A DNA stretch of 52,259 nucleotides from a phage. The notes beneath the pieces were generated by a model that was given only the letters and a program-made list of their open reading frames with translations, was not told the origin of the DNA and searched no databases. Shown in pieces: positions 7,684 through 16,375 of the stretch (the first letter of the stretch is position 1; each line of letters begins with the position of its first letter). The stretch lies in NCBI GenBank assembly GCA_025325205.1, contig GCA_025325205.1_4770.1; one strand, written 5' to 3'. The position numbers and the translations under genes are program-made.

Positions 7684-7744
7684 AATTAAAACTTGGCAAC
7701 TGAATTTCAAAATCATTCGATTTATTATTATCAAGGGTGAGGTT

Positions 7745-8365
7745 ATGCGCAATCGTAAAATTGAAATAACACACGCACACGTACAAGAAATGTTCGGTTA
7801 CGACGAAGTCATGTACGCCAAAGCGGTAGCCATATTGGAGCAACATAACGACAGCCTAAGTAATGTGGTCAAAGCGTGGAAGGAGGCTGGCCTCGTGTTG
7901 CGGCCGAATGCGGTCAAGACGCTGGACGATGGGCGGACGTATATGTGCTGGTCGGCTCCGATGCTGGGTATGATGTTCACTATCGACATCTACTTCGGGT
8001 ACTGGTTGTTAGATGTGGATTGTGTGATTCCGCTCGACAAGTATATGCACAGTAAAGGGTTCAACAGTTGCTTTGACGTTTGCCCTGACACGGAAGGCAA
8101 CGGTGTTATGATCCTGGGCTTTAAGTGGGTAGACGATAAGTGTGAAATACGGCCGCTGCGATATCCACGTGGTAAAGCGCGTCGTGCGTATATCGAAGAT
8201 GGTGTTGTTCGCTGGTGCAATGTAACGAAGCGTCGGATGAGCACTGACCACATTGCGTATATCAAAGATGGCCTCGTTAGACTTCAGACGAATAATAGTG
8301 GTAATGTGCAGTTACAGCAAGAATTGCAAGAACTCATTGAATACATTGATCAGTTCGGAGCGTGA
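7745..8365 (+). CDS. hypothetical protein
   Basis: 206-aa ORF with AAGGGTGAGG RBS; no motif recognised. Confidence 0.45.
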   Translation: MRNRKIEITHAHVQEMFGYDEVMYAKAVAILEQHNDSLSNVVKAWKEAGLVLRPNAVKTLDDGRTYMCWSAPMLGMMFTIDIYFGYWLLDVDCVIPLDKYMHSKGFNSCFDVCPDTEGNGVMILGFKWVDDKCEIRPLRYPRGKARRAYIEDGVVRWCNVTKRRMSTDHIAYIKDGLVRLQTNNSGNVQLQQELQELIEYIDQFGA

Positions 8366-8366
8366 G

Positions 8367-8636
8367 ATGGTTGACAAACAAGATCTGCTTCCTAAGTGGT
8401 ATCCAGATTATCGTAAGTCGAATACTTTAATGCGTATTCAGTTTATCTTGGATCACCAGACTGACTTTTCATTGTATTTAAGGGAGGAGCTCAAACAAAC
8501 GGATATGAAGAACCTGTGGGCTATCAAGAAACGGCTTCGTTTACGGAAACATCTTGATGACCTGCATAAAGTTATGCAGAAACTTATACGGTATAGCATC
8601 CGTATTAAAGAATCGCGTGATATCTGGAGGAAGTGA
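8367..8636 (+). CDS. hypothetical protein
   Basis: ORF 8253-8636 trimmed to ATG 8367 directly after upstream stop (TGA 8363-8365). Confidence 0.4.
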   Translation: MVDKQDLLPKWYPDYRKSNTLMRIQFILDHQTDFSLYLREELKQTDMKNLWAIKKRLRLRKHLDDLHKVMQKLIRYSIRIKESRDIWRK

Positions 8637-8986
8637 TGCAAACAGTAAGCAATTCACCTTTATATAAAGCAAAGGTGCGACTTCTTGAACAAGTTAAAAA
8701 GGTTGACCCGAATACAAATCCGGATTTACTTGACGCTATTGTTAATGCGATGGAAATTATGGACTTTGCGGACTTTCTGTTCCATCGTGTGTCGCACGTC
8801 GCCAAGGCTCTAGGTCATGAAGGTAAAGTCGAAGATTTTCAAAGTGCATTCGAATACCTTATGCGTAACCGTCAGAAGGCGCTTGTGGTGGATCGGCAAT
8901 ATCAGCTTATCAAAAATAAATCGAAGCTCGAGCGTCTGCTTCGTGAGACTTTGGAACTGGTAACGGGAGGTGAAGATGCAAATTAA
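8633..8986 (+). CDS. hypothetical protein
   Basis: 117-aa ORF, start overlaps upstream stop. Confidence 0.4.
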   Translation: MMQTVSNSPLYKAKVRLLEQVKKVDPNTNPDLLDAIVNAMEIMDFADFLFHRVSHVAKALGHEGKVEDFQSAFEYLMRNRQKALVVDRQYQLIKNKSKLERLLRETLELVTGGEDAN

Positions 8987-9362
8987 TCTTACTCAGAAGG
9001 CTGTGCGATACTTCGGTGAAGTGTTCTTTGTTCCAGTGTGGGCGAAATACCTTGCGGTCGACGAGGACGGTACTTTAACTGCGTTCGAGAATGAACCTCA
9101 GTGGTGCGAGTGTATCGATGGCGATGGTTTTTGGGTATTAACTGAGCCAGGTATTGAAATCGATATCTGCTATAACGTGGACCTTGAAGGTATGGACTTC
9201 AAAGAAACGTGTGTTAATATAGACTATAAAGTAAGCGACAATCCTCATGACCACACTGAATGGTTCGAGCGTATGCGCAAAGGTGACTATAAGCGCGAAT
9301 TCCTCGGAGAATGGAATACGCAATGTGGTCAACAGAATAAAGAAGGTGACAAAGATGAGTAA
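8970..9362 (+). CDS. hypothetical protein
   Basis: 130-aa ORF in operon-like packing. Confidence 0.4.
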   Translation: MKMQINLTQKAVRYFGEVFFVPVWAKYLAVDEDGTLTAFENEPQWCECIDGDGFWVLTEPGIEIDICYNVDLEGMDFKETCVNIDYKVSDNPHDHTEWFERMRKGDYKREFLGEWNTQCGQQNKEGDKDE

Positions 9363-9570
9363 AGAACTCCAGACTGCGTTAACCAAAGAAGAAATTGATA
9401 TTCTTCAGACCGACATCCTTACTTTATGCAAGCGTATCAAAGATGCGTATGAAGAAGGTTTATTTGATAAGCAGTGGAACCAGGAAGTTCAGACAGATGA
9501 ACAACTGTGGAACGCATCTACTGCGAAACGTATTCATGACGCATTGATCAAACAAGCTATGGAGCAATGA
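9355..9570 (+). CDS. hypothetical protein
   Basis: ORF 9247-9570 trimmed to ATG 9355 (MSKELQ...) with upstream AAGGTG. Confidence 0.35.
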   Translation: MSKELQTALTKEEIDILQTDILTLCKRIKDAYEEGLFDKQWNQEVQTDEQLWNASTAKRIHDALIKQAMEQ

Positions 9571-9644
9571 TTATGATTACAGCACAGGAAGCTCGTACAA
9601 ATAGTGAAAGTGTAGAAATCTCATGGTAATCGTAAAGGTAATAT

Positions 9645-10043
9645 ATGTTAGTTAAACTTGTTGTTGATGTTAAGTTCGAAGAACCAATTAAAGGTCAAAA
9701 TATCCATACTTTGGAAATTGGTTCTTTTAATGTAGACAAATTAATCAAAGGGAAATTAGTTGGTTTAGATCTACCGTGTGATATTAACCACAGGCTACCC
9801 GTTGAGTCAACAGCTAAAGTTCGTGGAAATGGACGTATTTTATCTTTTTCTGATTCTATGAAGGATTGGGAGGATTTAAAGTTTATTGTCAGCTCCCGCA
9901 TATTGAATGCACAATGTAAAACGGATTCGGATAATTACATGAAGTATTTTTATCCGAGAATAATGTTTAAGGATAGAATTACTATCTCTAAAGAACAAGT
10001 AACGTGTAAACCTATCACCTGTCGTTGGGTCTTAGTACCATAA
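9645..10043 (+). CDS. hypothetical protein (AT-rich gene, candidate moron)
   Basis: 132-aa ORF, visibly lower GC than neighbours; followed by a perfect palindrome at about 10044-10066. Confidence 0.4.
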   Translation: MLVKLVVDVKFEEPIKGQNIHTLEIGSFNVDKLIKGKLVGLDLPCDINHRLPVESTAKVRGNGRILSFSDSMKDWEDLKFIVSSRILNAQCKTDSDNYMKYFYPRIMFKDRITISKEQVTCKPITCRWVLVP

Positions 10044-10116
10044 TCTGCAGGGGGTTAACCCCCTGCGATCCATCAGTATATACTATGTGTGTCCTAATGG
10101 ATCGTAGGAGAATAAC

Positions 10117-10353
10117 ATGTCAGATTTAGTCATCGTTCACTATTATGGTTCAGATGTAGAAGTACCAAAAGACACAAGATATATTGCAACAGATTCTGAT
10201 GGTTGCGTGTACGCATTTAATAATGACAAGCCCGTCTTTAATGAAAAGGTCGGTACATGGTGTGTTTACACGAATTCTTTTAAGCTGGTAGATGTCAACT
10301 TTGATGTTGTACCATCCCGTTCGTTATTTGAAATTAATCCCGCTACGTTTTAA
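10117..10353 (+). CDS. hypothetical protein
   Basis: 78-aa ORF with GGAG RBS. Confidence 0.35.
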   Translation: MSDLVIVHYYGSDVEVPKDTRYIATDSDGCVYAFNNDKPVFNEKVGTWCVYTNSFKLVDVNFDVVPSRSLFEINPATF

Positions 10354-10362
10354 GGTAATGAC

Positions 10363-12912
10363 ATGCTGGAACTTTTTCCTCAAGAAATTAAACAATACGA
10401 ACAGTGGGCTGTCTGCGGTTTCCATCCAGGTACATCATCAGAAAAACAACCTTATGTGTGGGACGATGATTTAGGGGATATGGTCCCACTTCGTAAAGAC
10501 GGCAACGATAAAAAACCGTCTAATTTGCATTTACTAATGTCCTTTGAAGATGCGGAACGTTGTATTCGTTACTATAACGAAATCGGTCATAATCTGCGTT
10601 TAGGTTTCTATCTACTTCCAAGTGATCCGTTCTGTTGTATAGACATGGATATTAAAGACACCATGTCTGAAATGGAAAAGAAAGTTGCTGGTGAGCGATA
10701 TAAGAAGATTGTTGAATCGTTCCACAGTTATACGGAGATTTCCAGAAGTGGTGATGGGTTACACACATGGATTTATTCCATCCCTCAAGCTGGTAAGCGC
10801 CGTGATGGTGTGGAAGTGTATTCCCAGTATCGTTTTATTATCTGTACAGGGGATCACTGGGATATTACTCCGCGCACTGTGTCTGGTGCTCCAGGTAGTG
10901 AAAGCGAAGGGTATATCGCTAATCTCATTCATCAACTTATGTCTGAGATGAGTGAGATTAATGAGTGTGATGGCTTCCAAATGCTGGAACTTACTGAAGA
11001 AGATTTTAGTAACGACCCATATGCAATGGAAGACCAGGATGTCTATATCCAGTTGTGTGAACAAGAAAACGGAACATTGTTTAAGCAGCTATGGGAAGGT
11101 CGTTGGAGAGCTGAAGAAGTTGATACTTCTATCGGTGAACGTTGTTTCCCTTCTCAGTCTGAAGCAGAGTTTGCATTAATTGACTTTCTTTGCTTTAAGA
11201 GTAAGTACAATTTCCAGGTAAGACGTCTGTTCATGTATTCACCAATGAGTAGTCGTTACGATGATTCCCGTCGTCTGCCCGGTGAAAAAATCAAACGTCC
11301 TTATCACCTGGATAGAATGATTCGCAACTATCGCTATGACGCCCATGTTAAATCTATGGGACTTATGCAGATAGTTCAGAATAACGTTAATGCAGCTATA
11401 GAGCGCACGGAAAAACTGCGTCAAGCAACTACACCAGAACGCCCACCTGAAGAAGTGTTGACCACAGATGGTAATTACACTGAGGAGCAAGCGGACGGTT
11501 TAGCCTGGCCTCCGGGCTTTATGGGCGAGGTTGCGCGTAACATGTATAAAGCGAGCTTGTTGCCTATTAAAGACATTAGTATTCTGTCTGCTCTTGCTTT
11601 ATTTAGTGGTATGTGCGGTAAGGCGTGGAACACGGTTACACGAAGTGGTCTGAACAACTACTTTGTATTAATTGCACGTTCTGGTATTGGTAAAGAAGCA
11701 TTTCGCTCTAACATTGAAACAATTCTTTCTCAGGTTTCCAATTATGGCGGTCAGGACGGGCAACAGATATTCGGTATTGAACGTGTTTTAGATACCAGTA
11801 CCTATGCGTCTGATGCTGCATTGCGCAAAGACGTCATAATGGATACGTCTGTTATGTCTTGTGGCTCATCCATTAACTATAAGACTGAAGTCGGTGCGTT
11901 TTTCCGTAACGGTAAGATGGAAGTTGGTAAAGCTAAAGACATTATGGATGAAATGCTTTCCCTTTATGATAAAGGACATTTCTATGCTTTCTCTGGTGGT
12001 TCAAAGCACTCTAGCAAAGATAATACGACCGCTGGTGGTAAAGTCAAGGCGTATAGTTTTGCAGGTGAAACAACACCAGATGAATTTTATGGGAACGTTG
12101 ATGACCGCATGATGTCAAGTGGTTTCATGTCTCGTATTATTGCATGGGAATGTACAGCTAACCGCCCACTCATGAATAAGAGTATGCTCCTGGAATATCC
12201 GGAAGCAATTCTGCGGACTATTGGAGCTATCTATAAACAAGCTGTGCGTATTATGTCAGGGACTGCTCCATGTTATGTTGAAATGGAAGCAGAGGTACAC
12301 GAAGCGTTTGATAACCTTGATAATGTTGTCGCGAAGTTCCTGAATAGCGGTAATGACGGTGAACAGGTACAGGATGAAGTAATCCGTCAGATGTACACAA
12401 GGAAGGCGTTGAAGGTATTGCGTATCGCCTCCCTTCTTGCTGTAGCAGATAACAGTGAGCGTCCTGTTGTTACTATGGAACATTATCGTTGGGCTGAGTC
12501 ATTTATTGATCAGGGTAACGAGCGTTTCTTAGAGAAGCGTAATAGTGGGCTGATTGGGTCTACAGATAGTACCAGTCGTGAGAAAATAATGCTCAACTCT
12601 ATCAAGAAGTTCTTGGATGGGGAAGTTAAAGCTGGTGTGTATAAACGGTTCCCAATGTTTAAGGACGCGTTTATTGTCACACGAAGTGATCTATGCACAG
12701 TATGTCGCCAGTTCAAGGCTTTTAAACAAACAAGAAATGACAACATCTTGCAGGTCATAGACAACACAATTTATGGTTTGATGTCCATGGAAGTTCTTAC
12801 TGAGATGAGGCCAATGGACTTTTCAAGTTTCTTCGGTGCAGAGTTTACACCACCGAGGATGAAATGTTATTTGGTGGACATTGAGAGAATGAACGAAGTT
12901 ATTAAGTTATAA
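10363..12912 (+). CDS. DNA primase-polymerase (archaeo-eukaryotic primase superfamily) with large C-terminal domain
   Basis: AEP motifs in order: CCIDMDIKD (hhhDxD), SRSGDGLHTWIY (sGxGxH), FIICTGDHWD; C-terminal region has only a degenerate P-loop-like SGIGKE, so helicase activity is not supported. Confidence 0.6.
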   Translation: MLELFPQEIKQYEQWAVCGFHPGTSSEKQPYVWDDDLGDMVPLRKDGNDKKPSNLHLLMSFEDAERCIRYYNEIGHNLRLGFYLLPSDPFCCIDMDIKDTMSEMEKKVAGERYKKIVESFHSYTEISRSGDGLHTWIYSIPQAGKRRDGVEVYSQYRFIICTGDHWDITPRTVSGAPGSESEGYIANLIHQLMSEMSEINECDGFQMLELTEEDFSNDPYAMEDQDVYIQLCEQENGTLFKQLWEGRWRAEEVDTSIGERCFPSQSEAEFALIDFLCFKSKYNFQVRRLFMYSPMSSRYDDSRRLPGEKIKRPYHLDRMIRNYRYDAHVKSMGLMQIVQNNVNAAIERTEKLRQATTPERPPEEVLTTDGNYTEEQADGLAWPPGFMGEVARNMYKASLLPIKDISILSALALFSGMCGKAWNTVTRSGLNNYFVLIARSGIGKEAFRSNIETILSQVSNYGGQDGQQIFGIERVLDTSTYASDAALRKDVIMDTSVMSCGSSINYKTEVGAFFRNGKMEVGKAKDIMDEMLSLYDKGHFYAFSGGSKHSSKDNTTAGGKVKAYSFAGETTPDEFYGNVDDRMMSSGFMSRIIAWECTANRPLMNKSMLLEYPEAILRTIGAIYKQAVRIMSGTAPCYVEMEAEVHEAFDNLDNVVAKFLNSGNDGEQVQDEVIRQMYTRKALKVLRIASLLAVADNSERPVVTMEHYRWAESFIDQGNERFLEKRNSGLIGSTDSTSREKIMLNSIKKFLDGEVKAGVYKRFPMFKDAFIVTRSDLCTVCRQFKAFKQTRNDNILQVIDNTIYGLMSMEVLTEMRPMDFSSFFGAEFTPPRMKCYLVDIERMNEVIKL

Positions 12913-12950
12913 AAAAAAAATGGGCGCTATATGCGCCCATTATATTATTC
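12911..12950. terminator. bidirectional rho-independent terminator
   Basis: A-run, hairpin TGGGCGC-tatat-GCGCCCA (12921-12939), T-rich flank; sits between convergent genes 10363-12912 (+) and 12945-13175 (-). Confidence 0.55.
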
Positions 12951-13175
12951 ATGCAATTCTAAGAAACCACATACGACATATTCAAACATTTCATCATAAT
13001 CCGGTGTTGAAAAGTCTCCAACGTGATACTCACCTTTCTCAAACGTAACAACAGTTGAAGAGTTCATGTATGTGTACTTAATCTTGTGAGTTCCGTCTAT
13101 GCAGTTGTGTGAGAATTCCTCTGACTTGTTCATTGCATTTCTGATGTTTCTTTTTACAAGATCTTGGTGAGTCAT
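12945..13175 (-). CDS. hypothetical protein (AT-rich, opposite strand to surrounding block)
   Basis: 76-aa ORF with GCGGAGGA RBS on minus strand and its own candidate promoter. Confidence 0.4.
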   Translation of the reverse strand: MTHQDLVKRNIRNAMNKSEEFSHNCIDGTHKIKYTYMNSSTVVTFEKGEYHVGDFSTPDYDEMFEYVVCGFLELHE

Positions 13176-13210
13176 TTTGTGTTCCTCCGCTTATAAACTG
13201 TATAATACAT

Positions 13211-13238
13211 ACTATAGAGCATTTCCTTAGGAATGCAA
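13211..13238 (-). promoter_or_regulatory. candidate sigma70 promoter on minus strand (TTGCAT-N16-TATAGT)
   Basis: Reverse complement of 13233-13238 is TTGCAT, of 13211-13216 is TATAGT; 16-nt spacer; about 35 nt upstream of ATG of ORF 12945-13175. Confidence 0.45.
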
Positions 13239-13273
13239 TAGGTATCAAGAATTATTTTACGTCCGAGGGTCAA

Positions 13274-13552
13274 ATGTCCAGTTACAATCTAGCAGCTATT
13301 AAAATTGTGTACGGTGCTCTATACCAGGATGAGGAGTTCCCAGGCATTGAGCAGGCAATTAAAAGAATCAAGTCTAATCGTGTTGACTCGGAACAACTGT
13401 TCGCCTATGCTTTAGCCATAAGTAAGAACGAAGTCCGTCCTTACTATGAAACACTGTCACGCCAGTTACGAAGTGTAATAGAAGAACGTGACTTAATGCG
13501 GCACTGTGGATACACATTCTTAACAGGTAGAGCCATACGTGTCAGCAAATAA
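13274..13552 (+). CDS. hypothetical protein
   Basis: 92-aa ORF. Confidence 0.35.
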   Translation: MSSYNLAAIKIVYGALYQDEEFPGIEQAIKRIKSNRVDSEQLFAYALAISKNEVRPYYETLSRQLRSVIEERDLMRHCGYTFLTGRAIRVSK

Positions 13553-13569
13553 ACGAAAGGAGTTAAAAC

Positions 13570-13767
13570 ATGCAAAAGCATCAACCTCTATATAAAGTCC
13601 GTCGTCTTGGTGGTGGTCTCTACGCAGTAGAGCGCAATAAACGTTCTATTACAATCGTGAGTGTTAAAGTGGGATCACGTAAATTCTACAGCGTTCCTAA
13701 CTGCTCGCCTTTGTTACCAACACTGCGCGACGCTGTCCTGTATGTACTTACTGGTGCATTCTTCTAA
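13570..13767 (+). CDS. hypothetical protein
   Basis: 65-aa ORF with AAGGAG RBS. Confidence 0.35.
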   Translation: MQKHQPLYKVRRLGGGLYAVERNKRSITIVSVKVGSRKFYSVPNCSPLLPTLRDAVLYVLTGAFF

Positions 13768-13783
13768 TTTTAAGAGTATTCAA

Positions 13784-14005
13784 ATGACAGCTAAAGAATT
13801 AGTAGTTTGTGAACAAAAGACGAGGGAGTTCTTCGTATCTTATAGTTATCACAAAGGACAGATGGTATTTCCAGGATTTGGACATGTATTTGTAAAGGCT
13901 CCGTGTATTAGCAGGGAGACAATTGAAGGTACTGTTGAACTTCTTAAAGAATCGAATTCCTTCGATGTTGTTATTATTCTTAATATCATTGAGCTGGAGA
14001 AATAA
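13784..14005 (+). CDS. hypothetical protein
   Basis: ORF 13661-14005 trimmed to ATG 13784 to avoid overlap; start uncertain. Confidence 0.3.
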   Translation: MTAKELVVCEQKTREFFVSYSYHKGQMVFPGFGHVFVKAPCISRETIEGTVELLKESNSFDVVIILNIIELEK

Positions 14006-14006
14006 T

Positions 14007-14228
14007 ATGTGTAATAAATGTGAAGAAATGACCATGATAGACGAGAGAATGTTAGTGTCTCTGGCAATCATTGAAGCAGCCCAGAATTCCTTCATTGAAG
14101 CCTATCGTTTATGTAAACCAGAATCCTCGTTAGATGAAATTGAGAAAGCCTGGCAGAAATCAAATACATGTAGCGTATTGGGGCATCTTATGATGGGCGA
14201 AGAACAACCTAAAGAGAATCTACACTAA
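14007..14228 (+). CDS. hypothetical protein
   Basis: ORF 13923-14228 trimmed to ATG 14007 after GGAGA RBS. Confidence 0.3.
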   Translation: MCNKCEEMTMIDERMLVSLAIIEAAQNSFIEAYRLCKPESSLDEIEKAWQKSNTCSVLGHLMMGEEQPKENLH

Positions 14229-14536
14229 TGCCCAGCAGAATGTACAAAGTGCTAGGATGGAAGCCTTATACTTTTCGCTCAAACTACGACAAGGAAATGA
14301 AGTGTAAACGATGCCCAAAGTGTGGTCACACTCAGTTTACAGAGACTGTTGTAGCTCAAGTTGATGGTTACTATTCGCCTGTGTGCGAGTCAAAGATTAA
14401 TTGTAATCATTGTGAGCAAGAGGTAAACTATTGGGCATATGGTTACTACGAACCACATCATATGGTTGCAGATCGTAGTATGTCCATGCTGATCAATCGT
14501 ATTGAAGCTAAATTAAGGAGAATTAGTTTACCATGA
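14228..14536 (+). CDS. putative zinc-ribbon protein
   Basis: CKRCPKC ... CNHC cysteine pairs (CxxC x2 pattern). Confidence 0.35.
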   Translation: MPSRMYKVLGWKPYTFRSNYDKEMKCKRCPKCGHTQFTETVVAQVDGYYSPVCESKINCNHCEQEVNYWAYGYYEPHHMVADRSMSMLINRIEAKLRRISLP

Positions 14537-14712
14537 GTAAGAAAACCGATATCCGCAATCGCAATGCCGCTATTACTGCTTATCGTATGCGGGAGAAAGG
14601 TTTTACTTATAACCACATTGCTGAACATCTCGGCAAGAAGCCACATCAAATTAAATCGCTCATTCTGTTAGGTGAGCGCCTGGAATCTTTAAATGAGGAG
14701 ACGACACAATGA
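14533..14712 (+). CDS. small putative helix-turn-helix DNA-binding protein
   Basis: 59-aa ORF (below track cutoff) from ATG 14533; GFTYNHIAEHLGKKPHQIKSL resembles an HTH. Confidence 0.3.
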   Translation: MSKKTDIRNRNAAITAYRMREKGFTYNHIAEHLGKKPHQIKSLILLGERLESLNEETTQ

Positions 14713-14984
14713 ATGTAACTGTACGCCAGCCTAATAAGAAAGAAAAGGACATGATGATTGGTTTTACAATGCCCGCTCCGCTTGTGCATATTGGAGCCTT
14801 ATTACGCTGCACAAACGCGAACACGCGGCGCTTTACACATAACTCTGTGTATAGAGTTCACCGCACGGTACACAATGTCCGTAGCGGCCTAGCTTTGCCT
14901 GTGGTACGTGATGATAACGGGCTGGAAGTTGTTTGCACTTCGCTGTCATTTTCTATGGGCCATTGGAAAAAATGTACGGTATGA
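14709..14984 (+). CDS. hypothetical protein
   Basis: 91-aa ORF overlapping upstream stop. Confidence 0.3.
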   Translation: MNVTVRQPNKKEKDMMIGFTMPAPLVHIGALLRCTNANTRRFTHNSVYRVHRTVHNVRSGLALPVVRDDNGLEVVCTSLSFSMGHWKKCTV

Positions 14985-15125
14985 CCTGTGAATTCTGACG
15001 AATTCGTGTATTGTAATCAAACACGTAAACAGGTTAACATTATTTGCGAGAGTGGTTGGTAGATTACCCCTTTTCGAAGGCTGTCTCTCGCTGACATGTT
15101 ATTATCTAATATATGCTTCGCTTTC

Positions 15126-15153
15126 GGGGGTACTTGTGTACCCCCTATTTTTT
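15126..15153 (+). terminator. rho-independent terminator
   Basis: GGGGGTAC-ttgt-GTACCCCC hairpin followed by TATTTTTT. Confidence 0.65.
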
Positions 15154-15170
15154 AGATGGAGATTTATAAC

Positions 15171-15632
15171 ATGGGAGCTAATCCTCGTACTAAAGGTCAG
15201 ACAGGCGAGCGTGAGATCTGTAAATTCTTTAATGATATCTACGAAGAAGTTTACGCCGCTCTTGGAATGACTTATCCAGAAAAGCCCATAGCACAGCGTA
15301 ACCAGAATCAGAGTGCCGTAGGTGGTTGCGATATCACAAATACCTGTTTCTATGCGGTGGAAGTTAAACGCCAGGAACAGTTATCAATTAACACATGGTG
15401 GGCACAGTGTGTTAAGAGTGCATTAGAAGCAGACAAGTTTCCAGTTCTTATGTACCGTCAGAATAAAAAGCCCTGGCGCGTAGTCCTGTATATGAATCCT
15501 ATCATGCTTTTCGCTGATGAAGCGAAACATCACAAAGAAGATCCTCCAAGATGTGAAATATCCCTGGAAGATTTTCGAATGATCTTTAAATCACATGCTT
15601 ACGAATACATTAAGAGAAACGGCCACGCTTAG
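15171..15632 (+). CDS. putative PD-(D/E)XK-type nuclease (possible Holliday-junction resolvase)
   Basis: GERE ... GGCDIT ... AVEVKRQ pattern compatible with E/D...D...ExK; assignment by motif only. Confidence 0.3.
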   Translation: MGANPRTKGQTGEREICKFFNDIYEEVYAALGMTYPEKPIAQRNQNQSAVGGCDITNTCFYAVEVKRQEQLSINTWWAQCVKSALEADKFPVLMYRQNKKPWRVVLYMNPIMLFADEAKHHKEDPPRCEISLEDFRMIFKSHAYEYIKRNGHA

Positions 15633-15762
15633 GAGGTGTAAGAAGTGAGTAGTGAGGAAAGTCCCGTTCAATGGTGTGAACGTATGCAACGGGAAGCTGA
15701 AACTGGTGAGGACGCTTATCGTTATTATCAGTTAAAGCAACAGTGGGAACAACGTCTAACTA

Positions 15763-16305
15763 ATGAAGAGAGTGAAAAACATGAATAAGAAAGACGATAT
15801 GTCTAATGTCATTAAAGATGCAACTGTCAAAGGTACTATTGCAGTCGAAGACGGTGCTGTGAAAGGTATCACTGTGGAACAGCTAATTGTGGAGCTTCTT
15901 ACTGACACTGCTCAAATGCCACGATTTGCTACTCCTGGTTCTATGTGCTTTGACATCTACGCGGATGAGCCTGAACCTGTAACAATCTATGCTGGTCGTG
16001 CGTACACGTTCAACACTGGTATTAAGTTGCAGATCCCTCATGGTTACGGCATGGAAGTTTATTCACGTAGCGGTCATGGGTTTAAACACGGGATTCGTTT
16101 AGGTAACTGTATTGGTATCATTGATCACGATTACCGTGATGAGTTGAAAATACGTCTGCACAACGACTCTTATGTACCTTACACGGTTCAGGTCGGTGAA
16201 CGTATTGCACAGGCGCGTCTTGTGGAGCTGGTTCGTACGCGTATTGTTTCTGGTGTGGTAGAAGAAACAGATCGCGGAGGTTTTGGTTCTACTGGTAAGT
16301 TGTAA
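15763..16305 (+). CDS. dut: dUTPase / dCTP deaminase-family nucleotidohydrolase
   Basis: GIIDHDYRDE matches the conserved G-x-ID-x-DY-R-G/D motif of trimeric dUTPase family; start may be ATG 15781. Confidence 0.55.
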   Translation: MKRVKNMNKKDDMSNVIKDATVKGTIAVEDGAVKGITVEQLIVELLTDTAQMPRFATPGSMCFDIYADEPEPVTIYAGRAYTFNTGIKLQIPHGYGMEVYSRSGHGFKHGIRLGNCIGIIDHDYRDELKIRLHNDSYVPYTVQVGERIAQARLVELVRTRIVSGVVEETDRGGFGSTGKL

Positions 16306-16375
16306 TAAGCTCCGAGGGTATTTACATCAACATTTTAGTTGGGTAACATACCCTCATTAAGAAAAGGAGCTAGAA

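Noticed and set aside
7291-7846. Minus-strand ORFs 7291-7503 and 7592-7846
   Set aside because: Located in AT-rich noncoding sequence with repeats, no RBS, opposite to surrounding transcription; the second overlaps the start of a well-supported plus-strand gene
15000-15030. Near-palindrome TGAATTCTGACGAATTCG at about 15006-15023 as a regulatory inverted repeat
   Set aside because: It is two adjacent GAATTC hexamers rather than an extended inverted repeat; no further support, so not reported as a feature
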